A DNA stretch of 60,409 nt from a virus. A model generated the notes under the pieces. The model ran no database searches, was not told the DNA's origin, and saw only the letters and a list, made by a program, of their open reading frames with translations. Below are positions 14,484 through 23,057 of the stretch, in pieces (position 1 is the first letter of the stretch; every line of letters begins with the position of its first letter). The stretch covers positions 1 through 60,409 of IMG/VR virus record IMGVR_UViG_3300044514_000014, one strand, 5' to 3'. The position numbers and the translations under genes are program-made.

Positions 14484-15743
14484 ATGAGTTCTCTTATATG
14501 TGAACATTGCGGATCTAACAACGTTCAAAGCAGAGGTCACGCAGTTTATTGTAAAGACTGCGGGAAGTATCAGAAGAAAGAGAAGATCCGGGAAGCGTTC
14601 ACAGAAAACAGAAAGAATAATACCGCTGAGGTAAGCGCCGAAATCCCGCGCATTATGAGCGACGACGAACTGCTTAAGTTTTTGAAGGTTGACCGCTCAC
14701 AGTGGACGATAACCAAAGTCGTCTACGGTAAGAGCGAAGGATACCGGAAGGACAGACAAGTCGAATGGGATGTGCGGGATGGAAAAGTCACGTATGGCAG
14801 AGTAAGAGACACCGGGAAGCTGCTTATCAAACCGCTTTTTAGTGTCAAGGTATATCTTGAGAAGAAAGTCAACGAGATAGCGGCAAGGAACGAAACCGAG
14901 TGGATTAAGAAAGAGGCGACCGCCTACGCACCTAAATACAAATTAATCAAGCGACCCAAACAGAAAGATGCTTATCTTTATGAAATCCTTATGCCTGATT
15001 TGCAACTTGGCAGGTTGGTACTCGAGGAAGAAGCGGGCGCGGCGTCCAGCCCGGACTTGTATATCAAAAAGGCAGAGAAAGCGATTGGAGAATTACTGGC
15101 AATACCTTATCCGATAGAGCGTATCCTGTTCCCGATTGGAAATGATTTTTTCAATAGCAATACAGCCGAAGGCATGACGGTACACGGTACGCCACAACGG
15201 GACGATGTGAGATGGCAAAGAACGTATATGCTGGCAAAACACATGATGATTAACGCAGTTGAGAGCATGACAACTATTGCGCCGGTTGACATCCTGATTA
15301 TCAAAGGCAACCATGACGAGGAACGCATATTCTACTTTGGAGATACGCTTGCATCGTGGTTTCACAAAAACCCGAATGTCACGATAGACAACAGGCCGAT
15401 AGGACGAAAATATTACAGTTACGGAAAAGTTTTACTCGGGCTGGCACATGGATATTACGAGAGAGACACAAAACTTGATGCGCTTATGGCGCACAAAGTT
15501 CCCGACCTGTGGGCTAAGTCTGTATACAGGGAATGGCACTTGGGCGACAAGCACCACAAGAAGGACACACTTATCAAGACAGATGAGTTTGAGAATGGAG
15601 TAATGGTGAGAATTTTCAGAAGTCTTGCAGATCCGAGTGTTTGGGAGTTTGACAAAGGTTTTGACGGGTCACTGAGAGCCGCCGAGGGCCTTTTGTGGCA
15701 CAAAGAGCGCGGGTTGAAGGCTCAGTTCCCGGTGAGTATGTAG
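14484..15743 (+). CDS. Zn-ribbon + calcineurin-like metallophosphoesterase-like protein (partly degenerate motifs)
   Basis: N-terminal CEHC..CKDC. PDLQLG, IGNDFF, IKGNHDEE and LAHGY match the positions of phosphoesterase motifs I-IV. Confidence 0.5.
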   Translation: MSSLICEHCGSNNVQSRGHAVYCKDCGKYQKKEKIREAFTENRKNNTAEVSAEIPRIMSDDELLKFLKVDRSQWTITKVVYGKSEGYRKDRQVEWDVRDGKVTYGRVRDTGKLLIKPLFSVKVYLEKKVNEIAARNETEWIKKEATAYAPKYKLIKRPKQKDAYLYEILMPDLQLGRLVLEEEAGAASSPDLYIKKAEKAIGELLAIPYPIERILFPIGNDFFNSNTAEGMTVHGTPQRDDVRWQRTYMLAKHMMINAVESMTTIAPVDILIIKGNHDEERIFYFGDTLASWFHKNPNVTIDNRPIGRKYYSYGKVLLGLAHGYYERDTKLDALMAHKVPDLWAKSVYREWHLGDKHHKKDTLIKTDEFENGVMVRIFRSLADPSVWEFDKGFDGSLRAAEGLLWHKERGLKAQFPVSM

Positions 15744-15789
15744 CGGTCACGCGGTGGAGGCGTGGCGGCTGAAAAAGAAAGGAACGTAA

Positions 15790-15978
15790 ATGCTAATACA
15801 GCTTACCAATGACAGATGGGAAAAGTTTTACGTGAATACTGAGTTGATTGAAGCGATATTTGTCAGAACAGGAAATACTTCTGAAATCAAGCTCACTACA
15901 GGCAGGTATGTTACCTGTATTGAGTCACCTGAGTATGTGGCTAAGGCTATAAATGGTGACGTGGAGAAAGGAACGTAA
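15790..15978 (+). CDS. FlbD/SwrD-like small protein
   Basis: MLIQLTN..KFYVNTELIEAI....IKLTTGRYVTCIESPEYVAKAI follows the FlbD family pattern (MIxLTxLNGxxFxLNxxLIExIE..ItLxxGkKyxVxES.eEV..KI) as I recall it. Confidence 0.5.
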   Translation: MLIQLTNDRWEKFYVNTELIEAIFVRTGNTSEIKLTTGRYVTCIESPEYVAKAINGDVEKGT

Positions 15979-16179
15979 ATGTCAAAAGAAACAGTCGAAA
16001 TCTCCGGGTTGATGCTTCGGACGCTGGGCCAGTACATTGTTGTGGAACTAGAGATTAACGGCAAATGGCACATAGTCGCTAGAGATTATCAAGGCCCGAC
16101 CGAAACGTCTATCTCGCACATTATCGAGCCTGCCGGAATTCTCACAGCAATTCAGAGCGGCACGCCGGATCAAGGATGA
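15979..16179 (+). CDS. Hypothetical protein
   Basis: ORF directly abutting the previous stop. Confidence 0.5.
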   Translation: MSKETVEISGLMLRTLGQYIVVELEINGKWHIVARDYQGPTETSISHIIEPAGILTAIQSGTPDQG

Positions 16180-16186
16180 GATTGAT

Positions 16187-16408
16187 ATGACCTGGAAAGA
16201 GTGGTTTATCCATTTTGCGAGTTGGTTACACACGTTTCCGAAGAAACACATAGACGAACATCTTTGGGTTTCGGTCGCTGGCGAGAAAGACCATACGTGC
16301 ATGATATGCGACGGGTACGGAGTGGAGGAAGAAACCACGGTGATGACCCGGAAGGAAAAACCAGTACGCCGCGCAGATAAAGCGAAACCAAGAAAGGCAA
16401 AGCGATGA
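16187..16408 (+). CDS. Hypothetical protein with a basic C-terminus
   Basis: ORF that is ATGA-coupled to the next small ORF. Confidence 0.5.
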   Translation: MTWKEWFIHFASWLHTFPKKHIDEHLWVSVAGEKDHTCMICDGYGVEEETTVMTRKEKPVRRADKAKPRKAKR

Positions 16409-16557
16409 GATTTATCCGCCTGATCCTGATGCGCCTGGGAACCTATCCGCTGATTACAGATGGATGGATTTTCCGGTGTGCGTGGTGCGCGAAATGTGGC
16501 GGGCATGTGGTCGTAATGCGTCCGGGTGACTTCCGGTGCGCGAGGTGTGAGAATTGA
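16405..16557 (+). CDS. 50-aa Zn-ribbon protein
   Basis: Below the track cutoff. CAWCAKC...CARC. Confidence 0.4.
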   Translation: MRFIRLILMRLGTYPLITDGWIFRCAWCAKCGGHVVVMRPGDFRCARCEN

Positions 16558-16623
16558 AAGGAATATAGTCGTGACTATGATAATCCTGACTATAAAATTG
16601 ACTGTGCTTATTTGGAAAGGCAA

Positions 16624-16935
16624 ATGAGTATGAACGTGGATTATCCAACAGACGAACAGTTAGAGAAGATAAAGACATGGGACTATAAAGATTTGCGCGG
16701 ACTCATGGATTACATACAAGGTTTGTGGGAGTTCGCGGAACGTGGCTGGATACAGGAAGGCAACATATACACATTAATTACAAGTGGGTGGAGCGGCAAT
16801 GAGTCTATTGTCGGCGCACTTTCCGATAATACTATGGTTTGGGCGTTGTATTGGCAATCATCCACCCGTGGCGGTAGGCATGTTTTTATGCCGCTGACTT
16901 CCGAGAATATGGATAAGCTCGATGGACGTGGATAA
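16624..16935 (+). CDS. Hypothetical protein
   Basis: The track ORF starts at TTG 16612. ATG 16624/16630 follows GGAAAGG. Confidence 0.5.
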   Translation: MSMNVDYPTDEQLEKIKTWDYKDLRGLMDYIQGLWEFAERGWIQEGNIYTLITSGWSGNESIVGALSDNTMVWALYWQSSTRGGRHVFMPLTSENMDKLDGRG

Positions 16936-17116
16936 CGATAATCTCCCGCGCTGGTGGGTCGTGCTGGCCCTGGTGATACTGTTCCTGCTGGCGTACGCGC
17001 TGACCGCGCCGGTCGTGCCGTGGTGGTGAGATGAGATACCTGCTGATCGTCATCTTCCACTATCTGCCGTTCCCGAGCATATTCCGGGCGCTGGTGCGGC
17101 CGCGGGGCAGGGCGCG

Positions 17117-17428
17117 ATGAGAATATACGTAGCAGGACCGTACACAAAAGGCGACGTAGCAGAAAACGTCCGCAATGCAATTATGGCCGGAGACACTCTG
17201 CGGGCACTAGGACACACGCCGTTTATTCCACACCTGACACACTTCTGGCATTTTCTTAGACCGCATGGCATTGATTACTGGTATTCCTACGATTTAGAGT
17301 GGTTGGAAATGTGTGACGCTCTTTTCCGGCTACCCGGTGAAAGTCACGGAGCCGACGCAGAAGAATTGAGAGCTAAGGAACTGGGGAAGCCTGTATTTTA
17401 TACGTATGAAGGATTACGAACGCGATGA
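17117..17428 (+). CDS. Nucleoside 2-deoxyribosyltransferase-like (DUF1937/DUF4406-type) protein
   Basis: MRIYVAGPYTKGD..N...A......LG..PFIPH...CDALFRLPG.S.GA..E fits the family pattern as I recall it. Confidence 0.55.
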   Translation: MRIYVAGPYTKGDVAENVRNAIMAGDTLRALGHTPFIPHLTHFWHFLRPHGIDYWYSYDLEWLEMCDALFRLPGESHGADAEELRAKELGKPVFYTYEGLRTR

Positions 17429-17601
17429 TCTTTCGCATTATGCCGTCTGACCCGGAGTATGAAGTGTTCGCCTTTCTCTCGCACGCAATCGCCGCGCTGA
17501 CAAATCCGCATGTGCATTTCGACCTGCGCGGTATGCCGGATACGGAGCGGCTGGCAGACTTGGCGTACTACACGGCGCAATTCGAGGAGCTCACACATTG
17601 A
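17425..17601 (+). CDS. 58-aa hypothetical protein
   Basis: Below the track cutoff. ATGA-coupled. Confidence 0.4.
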   Translation: MIFRIMPSDPEYEVFAFLSHAIAALTNPHVHFDLRGMPDTERLADLAYYTAQFEELTH

Positions 17602-17645
17602 GCAATAAACTGATATATCAACGGCGATATATTGCATGAGGCGAT

Positions 17646-17915
17646 ATGAGTAGCAGACGGGAGATAGGGGACGGGCGACGGGATCACCGGGAAGCAGACA
17701 CGGTTAGAACGTCCATCGTAAAAGAGACGGCTCAGTTTTTGGCGCGAATGGTTGCGCTCCACATGGACCCGGTGCCATACGACCATGTGCATACAGTAGA
17801 CGGTCGCAGATTTCGTGTAACAGTCAAGGGCTACGCTGGCGATGAGATCGACGTGCGGCTGAGTAAGTACGCCGGGAAGCTGGGATTATACGGCGAGCGG
17901 GACCAACTGGATTGA
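17646..17915 (+). CDS. Hypothetical protein
   Basis: ORF on the coding strand. Confidence 0.5.
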   Translation: MSSRREIGDGRRDHREADTVRTSIVKETAQFLARMVALHMDPVPYDHVHTVDGRRFRVTVKGYAGDEIDVRLSKYAGKLGLYGERDQLD

Positions 17916-17925
17916 TGGAGATGCA

Positions 17926-18120
17926 ATGCGCGGTGATTGGGTGCAATGTACATCATGCGGTGAGGAAAGCATATTCGTTTGGCGAGATCCAGCCGATTTC
18001 GTCTGTTCTGTCTGCGGAGGCAATGCGGTGATTGAATTCAGTTATACGCAAGGTTTACCGCCGTTTCGGGCTTTTGGCATTGTTGATGATAATGATATTT
18101 GTCGTAAGCATAAAATATGA
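17926..18120 (+). CDS. Zn-ribbon protein
   Basis: CTSCG...CSVCGG. Confidence 0.5.
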   Translation: MRGDWVQCTSCGEESIFVWRDPADFVCSVCGGNAVIEFSYTQGLPPFRAFGIVDDNDICRKHKI

Positions 18121-18323
18121 AAATCCTAACCTACTCCCTCCTCTCCGTCCTCATCTCCCTCCTCATGTTCGCCCTGCTTCCGCTGATCCTGGTGGCGTGG
18201 CTGATGTGGCGCGCGCATAAGCGCAAGGTTCTGACGCTTGTGCCACATGCCAGATATGTCAACGAGTGGATCGATGACCTGGAGCGCGTCCTGTGCGATA
18301 GCGGCCAGCCGGGGGCAAGATGA
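18117..18323 (+). CDS. Small membrane protein
   Basis: TM segment LLSVLISLLMFALLPLILVAWLMW. ATGA-coupled. Confidence 0.5.
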   Translation: MKILTYSLLSVLISLLMFALLPLILVAWLMWRAHKRKVLTLVPHARYVNEWIDDLERVLCDSGQPGAR

Positions 18324-18343
18324 AAGAAGGAAAGGAATTGAAT

Positions 18344-18547
18344 ATGCACAAACATACTGACAAACCCTGCAAGCACGATTTGAAAGAATGTACCGAGTGC
18401 GGCAATATATATTGCTCGAAGTGCAGCCGAGAATGGCTCAAGGAAAAGAACTGGATTTATACCATTCCTGCTTCTTGGTCTTACTCTGGTACTGGAATCA
18501 CATACACCACTGCCGACTCTGTGTCTACACCTCATACACACCCATGA
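18344..18547 (+). CDS. Cys-rich 67-aa protein, paralogue B
   Basis: MHKHTDKPCKHDLKECTECGN.. is a paralogue of 13612..13815. The DNA similarity extends into the RBS. Confidence 0.6.
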   Translation: MHKHTDKPCKHDLKECTECGNIYCSKCSREWLKEKNWIYTIPASWSYSGTGITYTTADSVSTPHTHP

Positions 18548-18753
18548 CCCACACGATGATTTACACCGGCGAGCACGCTGGCGGCGAGTACGATGGCGCG
18601 GAGGAATGGCGCTGCCCTGTCTGCGGCCGGGATATGCTGTTTGAGTACGACCCGCCTGGAATGATCGTGCTCGAGCCGGGCGACGCGAACGCCGGGCACA
18701 ATGGGAGCCGGGGCGGGCTGGTGATCGTGGGCCGCGTGGATGTGGAGCAGTGA
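18544..18753 (+). CDS. Small Zn-ribbon-like protein
   Basis: ATGA-coupled start. CPVCG motif. Confidence 0.5.
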   Translation: MTHTMIYTGEHAGGEYDGAEEWRCPVCGRDMLFEYDPPGMIVLEPGDANAGHNGSRGGLVIVGRVDVEQ

Positions 18754-19931
18754 TGAAGCCGTTTACCAACAACCCACGCCAGCTATCGAAGTCCCAGGCA
18801 AAGCGGCTGAAGGAAACCATGCAGGAATTCGGAGACCTGTCCGGTATTGTCCATGACCTTGATACGGATGAGGTAATCGGCGGGAATCAACGCTCGAACG
18901 TCGCCGCGCTGATGCAGACGGAGCCGGTCATTACCGAGCGATTCTCCCCTGCCCTATCGGACGGGACGGCGTTACTCGGCTACTTCGAGTTCCAGGGCAG
19001 GCGCTTCGCTTACCGGGCTGTGACGGGCTGGGATGCGGATAAGAGACAAAAGGCGAATCTTGTCGCCAATGCTGGGGGCGGTGCTTGGGACACCGATCTA
19101 TTATCGTCCATCGATACTAGCGTCCTAACCGGCGTCGGCTTCGATACCGAGATGCTACTGAACACTCGCTCATTCGGGAGCGCGCTGGACGCGATGCTCA
19201 AGAGCGAGGAACCGCACGCGGACGCGGAGCCGGGTGTGGATAGAGCAGAAGAATTGCAAACGAAATGGAAATGCGAACGCGGGCAAACATGGAGACTTGG
19301 AAATATTGGATTTTTGTATTGTGGAGATTCTGCAAGTGCAAAAATTAAATGTGATTTTGCGATTTATGATCCCCCTTATGAATGGGAAACTAGACAGCAG
19401 GAAAACGCGCTAATGTGGGCTGACTGGAAAAACTTATTATTGATGGGGCTTAAAAATGCTATGCCTTTGGTTTTGCGCTCTGATTTTAACCACTGGTGGA
19501 TTTGGGATACTGGCATGGCTAGGTTTGGGGGCAAGGGTTACAAGCCGATGAGTGGTTGCGCCGTCATGATTAATTTTGGTGATAAAAGAAGGTGGAATGA
19601 CGGCGCGGTTTCTGTATTGGAACGACATGGAATAGAACATTTTCAGTATCCGATTCAAGTTGTGCATATACAAGATCATCTTGGTGGGATGGACAGGCAG
19701 CGGGATGAAAAACCGCAATCGCTATGTGAATACATAATCGCATTGTATAGTTTAGAAGGTGATGTTGTTGGTGATTTGTTTGCTGGTTGCGGGAGTTTCC
19801 TGGTTGCCGCGGTTGCCATGAAGCGCCAATATCGCGGCTCAGAAATACTCCCTGAGAATTGCGCCGTGATATTGGAAAAATTTTATGTCTTGACTGGCGT
19901 TTTACCTAATTTGGTTAATGATGCTGAGTGA
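18750..19931 (+). CDS. ParB-like N-terminal domain fused to DNA N6-adenine/N4-cytosine methyltransferase (beta class)
   Basis: DPPY (FAIYDPPYEW) precedes the FxGxG-like motif (VVGDLFAGCGSF). The N-terminus resembles a ParB nuclease-like domain (GGNQRSNVAA). Confidence 0.8.
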   Translation: MMKPFTNNPRQLSKSQAKRLKETMQEFGDLSGIVHDLDTDEVIGGNQRSNVAALMQTEPVITERFSPALSDGTALLGYFEFQGRRFAYRAVTGWDADKRQKANLVANAGGGAWDTDLLSSIDTSVLTGVGFDTEMLLNTRSFGSALDAMLKSEEPHADAEPGVDRAEELQTKWKCERGQTWRLGNIGFLYCGDSASAKIKCDFAIYDPPYEWETRQQENALMWADWKNLLLMGLKNAMPLVLRSDFNHWWIWDTGMARFGGKGYKPMSGCAVMINFGDKRRWNDGAVSVLERHGIEHFQYPIQVVHIQDHLGGMDRQRDEKPQSLCEYIIALYSLEGDVVGDLFAGCGSFLVAAVAMKRQYRGSEILPENCAVILEKFYVLTGVLPNLVNDAE

Positions 19932-20769
19932 TGTATTTTGGATTGTAGTACCCAGCAGGTAAATATGGTTGAAGATCATGTTTGATGTAATGCTTGTTTC
20001 CAAGTTTCTGCAAAAGGTCAACCATCCGGTGTGTGTATTCTTCCCAATCGGTTGTGTATGTCATGGGCAGGTAATTAGCGCGCCCGACTTTGTACAAGTC
20101 AATGAATCCATGTGTTTCTCTCACGATTTGCAGGCTAGATTCCGTGTTGAGAGTCGGCTCAAGACTGACCCATGTAAAGATACCGCGCTCATGAAATTTT
20201 TTGAGCGTGTCAATCCTTTCATCCGGCAAAGCCGCGCCACGCTCCCATTTGAGAGAGAAATCCTGGTCCAGGCTGGTGAGTGTGCTGGCGAAGGCGTCGC
20301 GATTGGGGCGAAACAAACCTATGAACGGCAGCGCCCGCGCGCCGCCTTTGGTAAGTGTGCAGAACGCCATACCATACTTGATAATTGTTTCGATGGTTGG
20401 ACGCGTGAGGCTTGTGTCAAAAGGGTTGAACGGGTCGGTGGTGAACGAAAGCATAACCTGTTCCGTAATCCCCTCCAATTGGTATTTCTTGGCGTCTTTG
20501 TGGAGATTTTCGAGAAATTTCGGTCGCGGTTCTGCTCCGTTGTCGAATTCGGCGCGGGACATTTTGAGAACATCAGGGACATAGCAATACGCACACTTAT
20601 GACCACACCCCCGGTATGGATTGGCTGCAAGTTTGGAATACTCCCCTGCTTGACCACGAGGAGCATATATGTATGAGCATCCTTTGACAGAGTACCCATC
20701 TGGATTTAATTCAAAAAATGGGCGTGAGGATCGTCCATCATCTGAGAACATGGAAATTTGGTTGTCCAT
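19915..20769 (-). CDS. Radical SAM enzyme, SPL/COG1533-like (DNA-photoproduct-lyase-like)
   Basis: CGHKCAYCY is a CxxxCxxC cluster. The downstream pattern (SLD..LKWERGAALPDERIDTLKKFHERGIFTWVSLEP) resembles SplB-like proteins. ATG 20769 chosen because it follows the upstream stop. Confidence 0.7.
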   Translation of the reverse strand: MDNQISMFSDDGRSSRPFFELNPDGYSVKGCSYIYAPRGQAGEYSKLAANPYRGCGHKCAYCYVPDVLKMSRAEFDNGAEPRPKFLENLHKDAKKYQLEGITEQVMLSFTTDPFNPFDTSLTRPTIETIIKYGMAFCTLTKGGARALPFIGLFRPNRDAFASTLTSLDQDFSLKWERGAALPDERIDTLKKFHERGIFTWVSLEPTLNTESSLQIVRETHGFIDLYKVGRANYLPMTYTTDWEEYTHRMVDLLQKLGNKHYIKHDLQPYLPAGYYNPKYITQHH

Positions 20770-20779
20770 ATTTACGCGC

Positions 20780-21148
20780 CTAACTATTGCAGAACGCAGT
20801 CCACGTATCAAGGCGGATGTTGTGCTGATCGTCATGCTCGCGCATGTCGTTGGCCTCGTAAATGATATTTACTGTGCCGTAGCCACGGGAATGCAGGTAT
20901 GCTTTAGCAAACTTCACATATTCGGTCAACGTTTCCTCCGTCGCGCCAAATCCGTAATGCTCGAGGTCTGTGTAAACAACAAAATCAATATTTTCCATTT
21001 CAAAATCTCCTTTTTTCAAAGTATTGGAAAAAAACGCAACAGACATTTCAATGGCGGATGTTTGATTTGCGCCAGAAATAGTCTGTATATCGTGCAGGTT
21101 TTTGAGTGCCTGCTGACTCGGACGAAAGTTAATCTGCTTTTGCTTCAT
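20780..21148 (-). CDS. Hypothetical protein with RHH-like N-terminus (possible autoregulator)
   Basis: KQINFRPSQQALKNLHDI resembles a ribbon-helix-helix strand-helix start. AT-rich. First gene of the reverse island. Confidence 0.5.
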   Translation of the reverse strand: MKQKQINFRPSQQALKNLHDIQTISGANQTSAIEMSVAFFSNTLKKGDFEMENIDFVVYTDLEHYGFGATEETLTEYVKFAKAYLHSRGYGTVNIIYEANDMREHDDQHNIRLDTWTAFCNS

Positions 21149-21154
21149 GGTTAC

Positions 21155-21183
21155 AGTATAGCATATTGCTATACTGGCGTCAA
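21155..21183 (-). promoter_or_regulatory. Promoter TTGACG-17-TATACT overlapped by the palindrome AGTATAGCA-N3-TGCTATACT; predicted leaderless transcript
   Basis: On the minus strand: TTGACGccagtatagcaatatgcTATACTgtaaccATG. Only 6 nt separate the -10 from the ATG. Confidence 0.6.
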
Positions 21184-21234
21184 TAGTAAATACCTCTCAA
21201 TCACCAAAACAGAGTAATTCTCGGAATATTCAGA

Positions 21235-21681
21235 ATGGCAAAGCAACCAACCAAGATACGCAAGGCGCAACTACTCAAGGCAATCCCTGGCTCGGGTGGG
21301 ATTATGTCCACCATCGCGGCGCGCCTTGATGTGGACTGGAACACCGCCCGCCGTGCGATTGAGATATACCCCGAAGCGCAAGCCGCCTACGATGCGGAGT
21401 GTGAGGGCAAACTGGACATTGCCGAGAGTGTGGTTATAAAAAACGTTGAGATAGCGGCGCTGAGGCAGAAGGAACAGATAGACAGACGGAACGCGCAACC
21501 CAAAGACGAGAGGCCGCTTGAGATTTCACAGGTTGATTCCGCTGATGCCAAGTGGCTGTTGTCCAAGCGCGGCAAGCGGCGTGGGTACGGAGATAGCGTT
21601 GAAATCGGCGGGCCGCTTGGTACGCCGTTGACGATCAAAATAGTAAAGGCGAGCGATGCAACAGGAAATAGTAATAAATGA
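21235..21681 (+). CDS. terS: Terminase small subunit (HTH)
   Basis: Lies immediately upstream of, and overlapping, TerL. N-terminal HTH-like segment GGIMSTIAARLDVDWNTARRAI. Confidence 0.65.
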   Translation: MAKQPTKIRKAQLLKAIPGSGGIMSTIAARLDVDWNTARRAIEIYPEAQAAYDAECEGKLDIAESVVIKNVEIAALRQKEQIDRRNAQPKDERPLEISQVDSADAKWLLSKRGKRRGYGDSVEIGGPLGTPLTIKIVKASDATGNSNK

Positions 21682-22879
21682 TGTCTACATTCCTTACCTG
21701 GACGACTTCTCCAGAACGCAAATATTCTACGGTGGCTCATCCAGCGGCAAATCGTGGTTCCTTGCGCAGCGTTGTATCACTGATGTTTTGGCGGGCGGAA
21801 GGAATTATCTGGTATGCCGGCAGGTTGCCCGCACGATCCGCTCGTCCGTGTTTCAGCAGGTCGAGCGCGTCATTCGGGAGGCCGGCTTGTTAGGCTATTT
21901 CACGATCAACAAGAGCGATGCACTCATTACCTGTAAGAACGGGTATCAGATCATTTTCGCGGGCCTGGATGACGTGGAAAAGATAAAGTCCATCGTCCCG
22001 GCCATTGGCGTGATAACTGACATCTGGATAGAGGAAGCGACCGAGACTGACCGCGGAGCCGTGAAAGACCTGTACAAGCGGCAACGCGGCGGCGACGAGA
22101 ACACGCGTAAGCGCATGACACTATCCTTCAATCCGATCTTGCAGAGTCATTGGATTTATGAGGAGTTTTTCAAGTCGATAGCGTGGGCCGACGGCCAGAA
22201 GGAATATATGAGCGATGAGTTATCCATCCAAAAGACAACATACCTGGATAACCGCTTCCTGACCACACAAGACCACCATGACCTGGAAAACGAGACTGAC
22301 AAATACCGCTACAACGTTTATTCACTCGGCAATTGGGGGATATTGGGCCACGTCATCTTTACCAACTGGCGGGTTGAGGATTTATCGGGAATGATGGCGC
22401 AATTCACGAACCATCGCAATGGGCTGGATTTCGGTTTCTCAGCCGACCCTGCTGCGCTGTGGGTATCACACTACGACGCGAAGCATAAGCGGATATATCT
22501 CTTTGACGAGTTATACGAGCGTGGCCTGACCAACGACCTGCTGGCCGTGGAAGTAAAGAACAGGATCGGCACGGATTACGTAGTTTGTGACAGCGCCGAG
22601 CCGAAGTCAATCGCCGAATTACAGCAGTACGGCGTTTCGGCTCTTGCAGCGGTCAAAGGCAAGGACTCGGTTCTATTTGGTATCCAATGGCTGCAACAGC
22701 AGGAAATTATTATTGACAGTAAATGCGTCAACGCAAAGAACGAGATTTCTACTTTCCATTGGCAGGAAGATGCGAACGGTAACGCCATACGCAGGCCGGT
22801 CGAGAAGAACGATCATCTGATAGCGGCGGGCAGGTACGCACACGAGGGCGACATGATTGATACATGGCTGGTTTCATGA
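21656..22879 (+). CDS. terL: Terminase large subunit (PBSX/Terminase_3-like)
   Basis: Walker A YGGSSSGKSWF, Walker B-like IWIEEATE and a C-terminal nuclease region. Confidence 0.9.
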   Translation: MQQEIVINDVYIPYLDDFSRTQIFYGGSSSGKSWFLAQRCITDVLAGGRNYLVCRQVARTIRSSVFQQVERVIREAGLLGYFTINKSDALITCKNGYQIIFAGLDDVEKIKSIVPAIGVITDIWIEEATETDRGAVKDLYKRQRGGDENTRKRMTLSFNPILQSHWIYEEFFKSIAWADGQKEYMSDELSIQKTTYLDNRFLTTQDHHDLENETDKYRYNVYSLGNWGILGHVIFTNWRVEDLSGMMAQFTNHRNGLDFGFSADPAALWVSHYDAKHKRIYLFDELYERGLTNDLLAVEVKNRIGTDYVVCDSAEPKSIAELQQYGVSALAAVKGKDSVLFGIQWLQQQEIIIDSKCVNAKNEISTFHWQEDANGNAIRRPVEKNDHLIAAGRYAHEGDMIDTWLVS

Positions 22880-22886
22880 GGTAACT

Positions 22887-23057
22887 ATGGACATAAAAGC
22901 AATATTACTAAAGGTGATTTTGAGTGGGCTATATTTCTTGATGACAATTTTATCTCTATACGCCGCGGTTACGTGGTGGTATCCGCTTCTAGGGTTCACG
23001 ATAAGTTTTTCCGTCATGATAATCGCTGTTTGGTTTATGAGGATTGAAACGCTATGA
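22887..23057 (+). CDS. Small two-TM membrane protein
   Basis: ATG 22887 follows GAGG. Two hydrophobic helices. Confidence 0.45.
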   Translation: MDIKAILLKVILSGLYFLMTILSLYAAVTWWYPLLGFTISFSVMIIAVWFMRIETL

